Shown here: piece by piece, positions 1 to 8,640 of the stretch
Numbering within the stretch: the stretch's first letter is position 1
How the letters are laid out: each line of letters starts with the position of its first letter
Notes under the pieces: generated by a model
Databases searched by the model: none
Seen by the model: the letters and a program-made list of their open reading frames with translations, nothing else
Told to the model about the DNA's origin: nothing
Position numbers and translations under genes: made by a program
Source of the DNA: Verrucomicrobiia bacterium
GTDB lineage: Bacteria > Verrucomicrobiota > Verrucomicrobiia > Limisphaerales > UBA1319
Reading direction: 5' to 3'
Assembly: GCA_963664225.1 (NCBI GenBank)
Contig: OY760937.1
Span: forward strand, 192,001-256,000
DNA length: 64,000 nucleotides

Positions 1-23
1 TCCCGCAGGGACGCCCGAAAATA

Positions 24-45
24 GCCCACCGTTTCAACGGTGGGT
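24..45. repeat. 22-bp target-site duplication, left copy (GCCCACCGTTTCAACGGTGGGT), itself a hairpin
   Basis: Identical to 1784-1805 and abuts the TIR; 9-bp stem CCCACCGTT/AACGGTGGG. Confidence 0.9.
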
Positions 46-124
46 CTGGAGTTTGGCCCCGGACTAGACAAACCGCTGGTGGGATTATTATTTTGTTGCG
101 CGTGGTCTAGTTATGTGACTAGAT

Positions 125-358
125 ATGGCCACTATGGGTTATCCAACTAAAGTCCAGCTCATCCAACGCAAGCAAAGCCAGCAATGGTACATCAACTTCC
201 CCTCCGCCATCGCCCAGGCCATGGATTTCGACAAGGGAGAGGATGTCCGGTGGACCATTGCCGACAAAGGTCACCTCATTCTCTCGCGCGACCAGGTCCC
301 CCCCAACCCGGTCGCTTTAAAAAAAACGCCTCCCTCCTCGACCAAATCGAGGAGCTGA
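125..358 (+). CDS. IS OrfA, AbrB/MazE/SpoVT-like small DNA-binding protein (start 125 or 134)
   Basis: QWYINFPSAIAQAMDFDKGEDVRWTI resembles the swapped-hairpin AbrB pattern; lies inside the TIRs and overlaps the transposase frame. Confidence 0.7.
   Translation: MATMGYPTKVQLIQRKQSQQWYINFPSAIAQAMDFDKGEDVRWTIADKGHLILSRDQVPPNPVALKKTPPSSTKSRS
316..354 (+). promoter_or_regulatory. Putative -1 programmed frameshift signal
   Basis: T TTA AAA AAA in the OrfA frame (A8 run 319-326), followed by a perfect 8-bp hairpin CTCCTCGA-CCAAA-TCGAGGAG (334-354). Confidence 0.75.
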
Positions 359-1761
359 TCGATCTATGTGCTCCCGGCTTCTCTTCCCCGCAGGCCTGGG
401 CTCGGGGCCGCCGCCATCTGCTTTCCCAGTTGGTGTGCTTCGGCCGCCACACCATTACAGGGCTCTTGCGCAATCAAAACCGCACCCAACAGGATTGGAC
501 GGCCGATTACCGCTTCTATTCCGAGGATCATTTCGACGAGGACTGGGTTTTCGACCGGATCCGCGCCCAAATCGAGCAGGACTTCCCGTCCAAGGATCCT
601 CTGGTCGTGGCCATGGACGACTCGCTCTTGCGCAAAACCGGTCCGCGCATCTTTGGCTCCCGTTTTCAGCGTGATCCCTTGAGCCCCCCATTCCAGGTCA
701 ACTTTGTCCGGGGTCTGCGGGTCCTGCAGATTTCTGCGGCCGTGCCGCTGGGCTCACAAGGGGCGGCACGGATGATTCCGGTGGACTTCCAGCATGCGGC
801 CCTGCCCGCCAAGCCGCGCAAGGATGCCGCGCCAGAGCGCTGGGCCGCCTACCGGGAGCAACGGGCCAAAATGAATATCAATGTGGCGGGCCGCAATCGC
901 CTGACCCACATGCGCCGGCAAATGGATCAAAGCGGTTCGAGCCAGCGGCCGCTGATTGCCACCCTCGATGGCCGCTTCACCAATGGCACCGTTCTGGGGC
1001 AGATTCCGGAGCGGACCACCCTCATTGGCCGCGTGCGCAAGGACTCGGCCTTTTACTTTCCCCCGACAGGGCAGGCCGCGCACGGCCGCAAACGCAAGTA
1101 TGGGGCCCACTGCCCCACGCCGGAACAACTGCTCAAGGACCCGGCCCAACCCTGGCAAACCGTGGAGGCCTTTGCGGCAGGCAAACGCTACCAGTTCCGG
1201 GTCAAAACCCTGGCGCCCGTCTACTCGCAGATGGACAAGGCCGGCCACTCCCTGCGTCTGGTCGTCATCGAGCCGGTGGCTTACCGCCGTACCAGGTCCA
1301 GCAAGCTGGAACGGCGCGAACCGGCTTTTCTCATCTGCACTGATCTGAATCTGCCCCTGGAAAAGGTGGTGCAGTTTTATCTCTGGCGATGGGATATCGA
1401 AGTCAACTTCCGGGATGAGAAAACTCTTCTGGGGGTCGGACAGGCCCAGGTTCGGTCCGAGGCTTCCAATCAGAATGCCCCGGCGCTGGCCGTGGCAGCC
1501 TACGCGCTACTGCTCCTGGGCGCCGTCAAAACCTACGGTGCCGACGGCCAGCCGGAGACCTTCAAACGCCCGTGCTGGTACAAACGTAAGCCCGGCCAGA
1601 GAGCCACAACCAACGAATTAATCACGCAATTGCGTTATGAACTTTGGGCTACAGCCCTAACCACCCATTTTCTGCCGCTCTCATCAAATACCATTCCCAC
1701 CCAGAACGGCAGAAAATGCGATCCACCACTAGAAGCCGCCATCTTTCTAAGTCTTAACTGA
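325..1761 (+). CDS. IS OrfB DDE transposase, probably expressed as an OrfAB fusion via -1 frameshift; start given at the shift site
   Basis: AMDDSLLRKTG, LDGRF and YLWRWDIEVNFRDEK (Y-2-R-3-E-6-K motif of IS4-like DDE enzymes); frame is -1 relative to OrfA. Confidence 0.85.
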   Translation, partial: NASLLDQIEELIDLCAPGFSSPQAWARGRRHLLSQLVCFGRHTITGLLRNQNRTQQDWTADYRFYSEDHFDEDWVFDRIRAQIEQDFPSKDPLVVAMDDSLLRKTGPRIFGSRFQRDPLSPPFQVNFVRGLRVLQISAAVPLGSQGAARMIPVDFQHAALPAKPRKDAAPERWAAYREQRAKMNINVAGRNRLTHMRRQMDQSGSSQRPLIATLDGRFTNGTVLGQIPERTTLIGRVRKDSAFYFPPTGQAAHGRKRKYGAHCPTPEQLLKDPAQPWQTVEAFAAGKRYQFRVKTLAPVYSQMDKAGHSLRLVVIEPVAYRRTRSSKLERREPAFLICTDLNLPLEKVVQFYLWRWDIEVNFRDEKTLLGVGQAQVRSEASNQNAPALAVAAYALLLLGAVKTYGADGQPETFKRPCWYKRKPGQRATTNELITQLRYELWATALTTHFLPLSSNTIPTQNGRKCDPPLEAAIFLSLN

Positions 1762-1783
1762 TCGTAAGGGGGCCAAACTCCAG

Positions 1784-1805
1784 GCCCACCGTTTCAACGG
1801 TGGGT
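1784..1805. repeat. 22-bp target-site duplication, right copy
   Basis: Identical to 24-45 and abuts the right TIR. Confidence 0.9.
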
Positions 1806-1828
1806 TCATCGGCAAACGCGTCCACCCA

Positions 1829-1848
1829 AGTCCCGCCAGGGACGAAAG
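1829..1848 (+). repeat. REP-like palindrome AGTCCCGCCAGGGACGAAAG
   Basis: Related copies at 1-13, 2341-2360 (inverted), 2412-2426 (inverted) and 2501-2520. Confidence 0.8.
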
Positions 1849-1876
1849 AAAATCTCTTCCCCAATTCATCGCCCAT

Positions 1877-2323
1877 TCATTCCAAATCCTGCGCCACATA
1901 CACCATCCCGTGCTTTTTCAAGAACGCTTCGACTTCCTCCTTAAACGTCATCCTGTGATGATGCCCGGCCTGGCCTTGAATGTATTGGGTCGTATCCTCG
2001 ACGCCGGAGATGCCGATGCTGAAAGCTCCATAACCCTCCTGCCATTCGAAATCCCGATGTTCCTTGAACGTGTCATGAACCCATTTCGATGAATTTCCTT
2101 TGAGAAGCTGGACGGTCTTCGCCACCGAAAGCGTCGAAGGAATCGACATGAGCACATGCACATGATCCTCCACACCGCCGATCACGAGCGTCTTTATTTT
2201 GTTTTCGCGGGCAATGCCGCCGAGGTAGGGCCAGAGGCGTTGTTGCATCTCGGATTTAATGACCGGGCGGCGTTCCTTGGTCGCCCACACACAATGCATC
2301 AGACAACTGGCGAATGAATGCAT
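1877..2323 (-). CDS. tnpA: IS200/IS605-family Y1 HUH transposase (TnpA / REP-associated tyrosine transposase-like)
   Basis: HCVWATKERRP, EDHVHVL (HUH), LKGNSSKW, WQEGYGAFS, YIQGQ (catalytic Tyr). Confidence 0.9.
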   Translation of the reverse strand: MHSFASCLMHCVWATKERRPVIKSEMQQRLWPYLGGIARENKIKTLVIGGVEDHVHVLMSIPSTLSVAKTVQLLKGNSSKWVHDTFKEHRDFEWQEGYGAFSIGISGVEDTTQYIQGQAGHHHRMTFKEEVEAFLKKHGMVYVAQDLE

Positions 2324-2340
2324 GATGAATCTTTCGTTAT

Positions 2341-2520
2341 CTTTCGTCCCTGACGGGACTCATTTTGTTTCTTACTTTAACCCAGCGATAAATCGCTGGG
2401 CTATTATCGAGCGTCCCTACGGGACTTGAATTCAGACACCGTGCGCATTCGTGCCATTCCAGCAATAAATCGCCGGGATACCGTTAACCGCCTCCACCTA
2501 AGTCCCGTCAGGGACGAAAG
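2341..2520. repeat. REP-hairpin-REP composite upstream of tnpA, plus an extra REP
   Basis: REP 2341-2360, hairpin CCCAGCGAT-AA-ATCGCTGGG 2381-2400, REP 2412-2426, REP 2501-2520; 2341-2426 is an inverted homologue of the unit at 1-45 plus 1806-1848. Confidence 0.8.
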
Positions 2521-2582
2521 ATATTATTCCAAACCTCGTTCGACTTATTTATCCCCATTTCCATCATGCCAAACCGCACGGC

Positions 2583-3788
2583 TCAACCCTCCGCTTCGCC
2601 AACCGCTTCCACCAATTTGCGGACGGCCAGCTTGAATTCCTTGACGCCTTGATCGAACGCCGCCGACATTTCCAGCAATGGCGTTTTCGTGATCTTGCGC
2701 TTGAATTTCTTCAGTTTTTCAACAGCGACAGGCTCATCCATTTTATTGGCAATCACCAGGCGCGGACGTTCCAGCAGGGTAGGGTCGAACAATTCGAGCT
2801 CCTTGAGCAGATTGCGATAATCGTCCCACGGCTCACGCGCATCGGTTCCCGCCATATCGACCAAAACTACCAGCACCTTGCAGCGTTGGATATGCCGCAA
2901 AAAGGAATGTCCAAGGCCCAGATTCAGGTGCGCCCCTTCGATCAAACCCGGCACGTCACAGACTGTCAGACGCTTGAAATCCTCATATTCCATGATTCCC
3001 ACCTGCGGATGGAGCGTGGTGAACGGGTAGGAGGCAATTTTCGGCCGCGCCGCAGATACCGCCGTCAAAAGGGTCGATTTGCCCGCGTTGGGATAACCCA
3101 CCAGGCCGATCTCCGCCATGAGACGCAGTTCGAACAGGTAATTTCCTTCCTCGCCCGGTTCGCCCGGTTGCGCAAAACGCGGCGTTTGATAGCGCGCCGT
3201 CGCAAAATTCCGGTTTCCCAAACCGCCCCGGCCTCCCTTGCACAGCACAAACCGCTGACCATTTGTGGTCATGTCCACGACCAATTCCGCGCCTTCCTTG
3301 GAAATCGGTTGCTTGATCTTTTCCAAATCCGGTTCGTCTTCCAGGTTGATTTCGAGAGCCTGGCCCTGGTCCGCAACGGAACGATAAACGGCTTTCTTGG
3401 CACCGCTGCCCATGAAAGGCTTGGGCGGGTTCTCGCTGTCTTCGGATTCCTCCGATGCTGCGGATGCTTCGGCGGCTTCAGCCGGGTTGTCCGGCAGACG
3501 CCAGACAAGGGTCCCACACGGGACTTTCACGATAACGTCCTTCGCGGCCTTCCCATCCATGCCCTTTCCATGGCCGTTATCGCCGTTTTTCGCAATCAAT
3601 CGCGGCACATAGAATTGCGCGATGAGGTTGTTTAAATCGTGGCTGGCCTCCAAAATAACGTCGCCCCCCCGCGCGCCGTTTCCACCGCTGGGCCCCCCCT
3701 TGGGCCGGTAAGCTTCACGCAAAAAGGCAATGGCGCCGGCTCCGCCGTGGCCGGCGTGAGCAAAAATCTTGATTTCGTCAATAAACAC
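2583..3788 (-). CDS. obgE: GTPase ObgE/CgtA
   Basis: GTG start, FIDEIKIFAHAGHGG, Gly-rich Obg fold, GYPNAGKS, YPFTT, DVPG, NKMD; follows rplU-rpmA. Confidence 0.95.
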   Translation of the reverse strand: MFIDEIKIFAHAGHGGAGAIAFLREAYRPKGGPSGGNGARGGDVILEASHDLNNLIAQFYVPRLIAKNGDNGHGKGMDGKAAKDVIVKVPCGTLVWRLPDNPAEAAEASAASEESEDSENPPKPFMGSGAKKAVYRSVADQGQALEINLEDEPDLEKIKQPISKEGAELVVDMTTNGQRFVLCKGGRGGLGNRNFATARYQTPRFAQPGEPGEEGNYLFELRLMAEIGLVGYPNAGKSTLLTAVSAARPKIASYPFTTLHPQVGIMEYEDFKRLTVCDVPGLIEGAHLNLGLGHSFLRHIQRCKVLVVLVDMAGTDAREPWDDYRNLLKELELFDPTLLERPRLVIANKMDEPVAVEKLKKFKRKITKTPLLEMSAAFDQGVKEFKLAVRKLVEAVGEAEG

Positions 3789-3852
3789 AGAGCAATCTCC
3801 AGAAACAAAAAAGGCGAGGCCTGCGCCTCGCCTTGAATGAAACCCACTTAAA

Positions 3853-4122
3853 TTAGTTTTGGGCGACGGCGACAGGAGGCGCCACCACAATATTGATCCG
3901 CTTGCTGTTCTTGTCGAAGAACACTTTGCCGTCCGCCAATGCGAACAGGGACCAGTCGCGGGCTGTGCCCACGTTTTTGCCGGCCACGAATTTGGTGCCG
4001 TGCTGGCGCACAATGATGCTACCCGCAGTGACAAATTCCCCGCCGAATGCTTTCACGCCCAAGCGCTGGCTATTACTGTCGCGCCCGTTGCGGCTACTAC
4101 CTTGACCTTTCTTATGTGCCAT
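3853..4122 (-). CDS. rpmA: 50S ribosomal protein L27
   Basis: [24 protein letters not shown]. Confidence 0.98.
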   Translation of the reverse strand: MAHKKGQGSSRNGRDSNSQRLGVKAFGGEFVTAGSIIVRQHGTKFVAGKNVGTARDWSLFALADGKVFFDKNSKRINIVVAPPVAVAQN

Positions 4123-4126
4123 ACTC

Positions 4127-4438
4127 TTAAGCCTTTATCTCTCTGATTTTGACCACTGTCAATTCCTGACGATGACCCACGGTGTGATGATAGCCTTTGC
4201 GCTTCTTCATCTTGAAGGCTTTCGTCTTGATGCCGCGCTTGTGTTCGATTACGTCGGCCACGACCACTGCGTTAAGCAATGTCGGTTTGCCAAAGGCAAC
4301 CTTGCCTTCGTCGTTCACCATGAGAACGCGGTCGAAATTCACCGGTTTCCCGGCTTCGATTTCAAGACGTTCCACTTCCAACGTGTCGCCTGCGACGACC
4401 CGATACTGTTTTGACCCGGTTTCTAAAACGGCGTACAT
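4127..4438 (-). CDS. rplU: 50S ribosomal protein L21
   Basis: [14 protein letters not shown]...GHRQELT; adjacent to rpmA. Confidence 0.97.
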   Translation of the reverse strand: MYAVLETGSKQYRVVAGDTLEVERLEIEAGKPVNFDRVLMVNDEGKVAFGKPTLLNAVVVADVIEHKRGIKTKAFKMKKRKGYHHTVGHRQELTVVKIREIKA

Positions 4439-4568
4439 ACAAATCCTAGTAAAAAGGAGAGATATAAGACCACGCCAATGGCCTTGTGTCAACGGCGCAA
4501 TTATTTATTTTTTCATCAGACTCTCCACGATGCCCTAAAGCACCTTGCGCGTGACACTTGCAAAAATC

Positions 4569-4661
4569 TGGCGGAGAGGGGGGGATTCGAACCCCCGATA
4601 GGGATTTAGGCCCTATAACGGTTTAGCAAACCGTCGCCTTCAGCCACTCGGCCACCTCTCC
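4569..4661 (-). tRNA. tRNA-Ser (GCT)
   Basis: GGAGAGGTGGCCGAGTGG...ACGGTTTGCTAAACCGT, long variable arm, GGTTCGAATCC, 3' GCCA. Confidence 0.96.
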
Positions 4662-4928
4662 AACCGCGACTTAAAATCATTCAGCCGGTCTTTTAAAACC
4701 CATTGCACAGCTTTTCTGCCACGTCGTTTGTTGGACAAGGATTGTAAGAATCCAAGGCCTTAACGGGCACAAGAGTCCGCAATGTTGCCGAACCTATTTA
4801 TTCTGACCGCGCCATAATATGTGACGGCCCACGGGAAAGGCAAGCGCGTTCGTAAAACTTTACATGGAGAAATCAACTAATGAGAAAATCCGTGCCATCC
4901 ACTCCAATCATCCGGCCCCAATTTCGAC

Positions 4929-4967
4929 AAAAAAAAGAGAGCCCGGCTTCGCAACCAGGCTCTCTTT
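4929..4967 (-). terminator. Probable rho-independent terminator of the GH92 gene
   Basis: AGAGAGCC...GGCTCTCT stem with an A-run at 4929-4936 (U-tract on the minus strand). Confidence 0.65.
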
Positions 4968-5002
4968 GCTTCCATATTATTGCAGGCAACGCCCGCCGTC
5001 CG

Positions 5003-7264
5003 TTATTTCACCATCACCGGACGGTCGGCCGGAGCGGATCCCCAATTCTTGTTGGGGGTCGGTCCCATGTTGAGGACGAGTTTGCCACCCGCCGTGATTT
5101 CATCCTGGGAAATCCAGCTATGGGTGAATGTCTTGCCATTCAACGTGGCGCTCTGAATATAAACGTTCGTCGGCGAGTTGTTTTTCGCCACGACGGTGAA
5201 GGAGCGGCCTTTGAAGAATTTGGGATCCAGCTTCAGCGTCACTTTGTCCACGAGCGGGCTGCTGATGATATAGACGTTGCTGGCGGGATCGACCGGGTAA
5301 AAGCCCAGCGTGGTGAAGGCATACCAGGCCGATGTCTGGCCGCAATCGTCATTGCCGCAAAGTCCCGCAGGGGTGTTGTCGTAGAGCGTTGAGGCCACCT
5401 GACGGGCGCGGGCCTGTGTCTTCCAGGGCTGTCCGGCATAATTATAGAGGTAGGAGACATGATGGCATGGCTCGTTGCCGTGGGCATACATGCCGATCAA
5501 CCCGGTGACGTCCGGCAGGAAGTTCGGAATCTTTTCCTTGGTTTCGAACAATTCATCGAGCTTGGCCACGAATTTCTCGTCGCCGCCCATTTTCTCGGCA
5601 AGACCCCAGACATCGTGCGGCACGAAGAAGGTGTATTGCCAGGCATTGGCTTCGGTGTATTCAGAGACAGAGATGCGGTTGGGATCAAACGGAGTCACCC
5701 ATTTGCGATCCGCATCGCGTCCGCGCATGAAGCCCGTCGAGGTGTCGAAAACGTTCTTCCAGTTGCTGGAACGCTTCGCATATTTTTCGGCCACATCGTT
5801 TTTGCCGAGCGCCCTGGCGAACCGCGCGATGCAGGCATCGTCATAGGCGTATTCGAGCACTTTGGCCACGGCCTGCACATCCTTTGCGGACGGGATATAG
5901 CCCAGCGTCCGGTAGGCATCCAGTTGTTCACGATCCTTTTCCACACTGGAGATCATGTCCGCGAGCGCTTCGTTCGCATCCCAGTCGCGGAAACCTTTGT
6001 TATAGGCGTCCACAATCACGGGAATGGCGTGGTTGCCGATCATGCACCAGGTTTCCTTGCCGCCTTCGGGCCAGACGGGCAGCGTCCCCTGGCCGAAATC
6101 CTTGAAGTGCGCGAGCATGGTTTTCACCAGGTCGTTCACCCGCTGCGGCTGCGTGAAGGTCATCAGAGGCTGCTCGGCGCGGAAGGTGTCCCACAGCGAG
6201 ATTTCCGTGTAGTAATTGAAACCGTTGGCCACATGAACCTTCTCATCCGCCCCACGGTATTGGCCGTCCACATCGTTCAACGTCGTCGGCGCCACATGGG
6301 AATGATACACCGCCGTGTAGAACGCCTCTTTCACCGCTTTGTCTTTGGTCTCTACCTGGGCGACCTCCAGCAGCTTGCTCCACTGGGTGCGCGCCGCTTT
6401 GGCCACGGCGTCGAAATTCCAATTCGGGACCTCTGCGGCCAGATTCTTGCGCGCGCCATCCACACTCACGGTGGACAGGGCCACGCGGCCCAGGACTCTC
6501 TCGCCCGCTTTCGTGGTGAAATCGAAGTGAACCTTCAGGTCACGCCCGCTGGCCTCTTTTTCCGCAATGTCCTTCTTGTCCTTTTGGATCACCGCCGCAT
6601 CGAAGGAGCGGGAAAATTCCGCAACAAAATAGAACACCTTGTTGCCGCCCCAGGCCGCGCTGCGACGAAATCCGCTGACGGTGTGGTCGTTTTCAACCGT
6701 CACCATCGCTTCGGTGGGCTGATTATCGATGCCGTGCCAGAGATCCAGAATGATGTGGGAGGCCGCGCTTTCCGGGAAAGTGTATCGGTGCATGCCCACG
6801 CGGGTCGTGGCGGTCAATTCCACGTTCACCTTGTAATCGGGCAGAAACACCTGGTAATACCCCGGCCGCGCCGATTCCTGCTCATGGGAGAACGAGGTGC
6901 GATAACCTTCGCCGGGTTTGTCGCCGGGGGACATTTTTAATTCACCCACCGTCGGCAGAAGAAGAATGTTTCCCAGGTCCGGGCAGCCGGTGCCGGTCAG
7001 GTGATTGTGGGAGAACCCATGCAAACTGGTGTCGGAATAGTGATAACCCGAACAGCCATCCCAGGTCGTGACACGGGTATCGGGTGAAAGCTGGACCATT
7101 CCGAACGGGACCGTGGCCCCCGGAAAAACGTGGCCATGTCCATCCGTTCCCAGCAACGGTTTTACATAGTCAACAGGTGCAGCGTTTAATGGGCTCATGC
7201 CGGCGCAACAAAGCCAGGCACTGAGCGCGCTCAGCAACATAACAGAATGTTTCTTGTGGTGCAT
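5003..7264 (-). CDS. GH92 alpha-1,2-mannosidase family glycoside hydrolase, secreted
   Basis: Signal peptide; GHVFPGATVPFGMVQLSPDT, SLWDTFRA, TEANAWQY, GNEPCHH, GNDDCGQTSAW. Confidence 0.93.
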   Translation of the reverse strand: MHHKKHSVMLLSALSAWLCCAGMSPLNAAPVDYVKPLLGTDGHGHVFPGATVPFGMVQLSPDTRVTTWDGCSGYHYSDTSLHGFSHNHLTGTGCPDLGNILLLPTVGELKMSPGDKPGEGYRTSFSHEQESARPGYYQVFLPDYKVNVELTATTRVGMHRYTFPESAASHIILDLWHGIDNQPTEAMVTVENDHTVSGFRRSAAWGGNKVFYFVAEFSRSFDAAVIQKDKKDIAEKEASGRDLKVHFDFTTKAGERVLGRVALSTVSVDGARKNLAAEVPNWNFDAVAKAARTQWSKLLEVAQVETKDKAVKEAFYTAVYHSHVAPTTLNDVDGQYRGADEKVHVANGFNYYTEISLWDTFRAEQPLMTFTQPQRVNDLVKTMLAHFKDFGQGTLPVWPEGGKETWCMIGNHAIPVIVDAYNKGFRDWDANEALADMISSVEKDREQLDAYRTLGYIPSAKDVQAVAKVLEYAYDDACIARFARALGKNDVAEKYAKRSSNWKNVFDTSTGFMRGRDADRKWVTPFDPNRISVSEYTEANAWQYTFFVPHDVWGLAEKMGGDEKFVAKLDELFETKEKIPNFLPDVTGLIGMYAHGNEPCHHVSYLYNYAGQPWKTQARARQVASTLYDNTPAGLCGNDDCGQTSAWYAFTTLGFYPVDPASNVYIISSPLVDKVTLKLDPKFFKGRSFTVVAKNNSPTNVYIQSATLNGKTFTHSWISQDEITAGGKLVLNMGPTPNKNWGSAPADRPVMVK

Positions 7265-7455
7265 GGTGCTGAGGATAGGGGCAAATGGGGGTTTTTCGCA
7301 AGTGCGGCATTTACCCGAAATCGGGGAGGCAGCCTGGTTTAAATTATGTAGCGTCGCGGCGGTTATTTTGGCCTCAAACGTTCATCCAATGCCGCGCCAT
7401 TGGCGCTTAAAAAATCAAAAGTCCCGGGATGGACCGGGAAATCTCGGTTCGGGAT

Positions 7456-7941
7456 TCAATTTTCGTGGGATGGCTTGGTCTTGGCGCAGTCAGGCGCGTC
7501 CAAGTCTCTTTTGTGAAAAATGGTAATTTGATAATCGACCATTTCCTCACAAAAATCCTCGTCAAAGCTTACAACAATCTTTCTGCCAGGAAAGTCTCGT
7601 GCGAGCTTGCTTGACCACATGTCCCGCAAAAGTCGTCCGAGATGCAGCACAACCTCTCTGGTTGGCTTGAACTCATTGCTCTGGAACAAGTCGAGAATGT
7701 GTCGATGATTCAGGACACCCTCCACCGCCGTGAGGTCGCCGCCGGTCTCCTTCATCCATTGGTCGATAGACTCGGTTCGGCAGTCAGCAAATAACACGCA
7801 CTCTTGATGAATCTTGAATTCAGGCCAGAAAATATGACCATAGGCAATCGCATGGTCGAACCGTCCCACTACTTCAATCCATGAATCAATGTCTGTATGC
7901 CACTGGCCCAACTCGGGAATCAAATGTTCGAAATTATTCAT
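7456..7941 (-). CDS. Hypothetical protein, probable gene-cassette ORF
   Basis: 161-aa ORF of lower GC that starts just after a degenerate attC. Confidence 0.6.
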   Translation of the reverse strand: MNNFEHLIPELGQWHTDIDSWIEVVGRFDHAIAYGHIFWPEFKIHQECVLFADCRTESIDQWMKETGGDLTAVEGVLNHRHILDLFQSNEFKPTREVVLHLGRLLRDMWSSKLARDFPGRKIVVSFDEDFCEEMVDYQITIFHKRDLDAPDCAKTKPSHEN

Positions 7942-7946
7942 AAGCT

Positions 7947-8414
7947 TCAGTGTGGTTTAATGACCAAGTCAGGGTTTGGGGTCGATGGCGTTTGATTCGT
8001 CTCCTTGCCAACCGGCCAACTCCTGTTCGTCGAACCGCTGGATTTGGACCCATAGCGATCTTTAAGATCATCGATGACCTCTTGTCCAACCACTTGGACG
8101 GTAAGATACACCGGGCGCGGCGGCAGCGTGCTCTCCATAAACGCCTTGAGTCTTTGTCGGTGTTCCTCTGACGGAACCATCCCAAAAGCTCCGAACAGGC
8201 CGTCACGTCCGGTCCAGGCGCCCAGGGTGACCATCTCGAAACCGGAATTCTGCCTCCTGAATGTATCCCACTGTGGAGTTATTTGTGCAATGTGAGATTG
8301 CACCTGCCGCATGTGGCGCAACTGGGAGCTAATAAAGGGTCTGAACGGAATCAAGGCTGCCAGGACCAATGCGATCAGCAGCAATATCTTTTCTCGTTGC
8401 GAGTATTTGCGCAT
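7947..8414 (-). CDS. Hypothetical protein with N-terminal TM segment, probable cassette ORF
   Basis: Hydrophobic N-terminus; C-terminus reads through the attC-like site. Confidence 0.55.
   Translation of the reverse strand: MRKYSQREKILLLIALVLAALIPFRPFISSQLRHMRQVQSHIAQITPQWDTFRRQNSGFEMVTLGAWTGRDGLFGAFGMVPSEEHRQRLKAFMESTLPPRPVYLTVQVVGQEVIDDLKDRYGSKSSGSTNRSWPVGKETNQTPSTPNPDLVIKPH
7954..8050 (-). repeat. Degenerate attC-like site
   Basis: Minus strand CCAAATCCAGCGGTTCGACGAACAGGAG...GAGACGAATC...CTGACTTGGTCATTAAACC aligns by eye with the attC at 30591-30689; R' is ATTAAAC instead of GTTRRRY. Confidence 0.55.
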
Positions 8415-8640
8415 GTCAGCGAATTATAAGGAAATTACACCAATGCCCATCTGCCGATATGATATAAAACATCGTAAAGCATTTCAAGGAGTAATCCCAA
8501 TATCCTGCATCCATAAAACCAGTTTCGGAACCACGAGCCTCACGGTGCCAAATCGCCACCGCATACCAAAAACGGGCGGATGGTATGGCCCCTTTTTCCC
8601 GCTCTGGACGTTTCCAAAGAAACGCGGCAGACTGGGCTTC

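Larger units (their letters stand above)
46..1783 (+). mobile_element. Insertion sequence, DDE transposase of IS4/IS701-like type, 1738 bp
   Basis: Perfect 15-bp TIRs CTGGAGTTTGGCCCC (46-60) and GGGGCCAAACTCCAG (1769-1783); flanked by identical 22-bp direct repeats at 24-45 and 1784-1805; encodes a DDE transposase. Confidence 0.93.

Noticed and set aside
184..324. ATG 184 as the transposase start
   Set aside because: The resulting N-terminal peptide looks like off-frame sequence over OrfA; the slippery site plus hairpin explains expression better, though this is unproven.
3789..4034. N-terminal extension of ObgE in the ORF track
   Set aside because: It overlaps rpmA; the conserved FIDE start is at GTG 3788.
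4569..4661. tRNA-Ser as an island integration site
   Set aside because: No duplicated tRNA 3' end and no integrase were seen; its 3' side adjoins the rplU upstream region.
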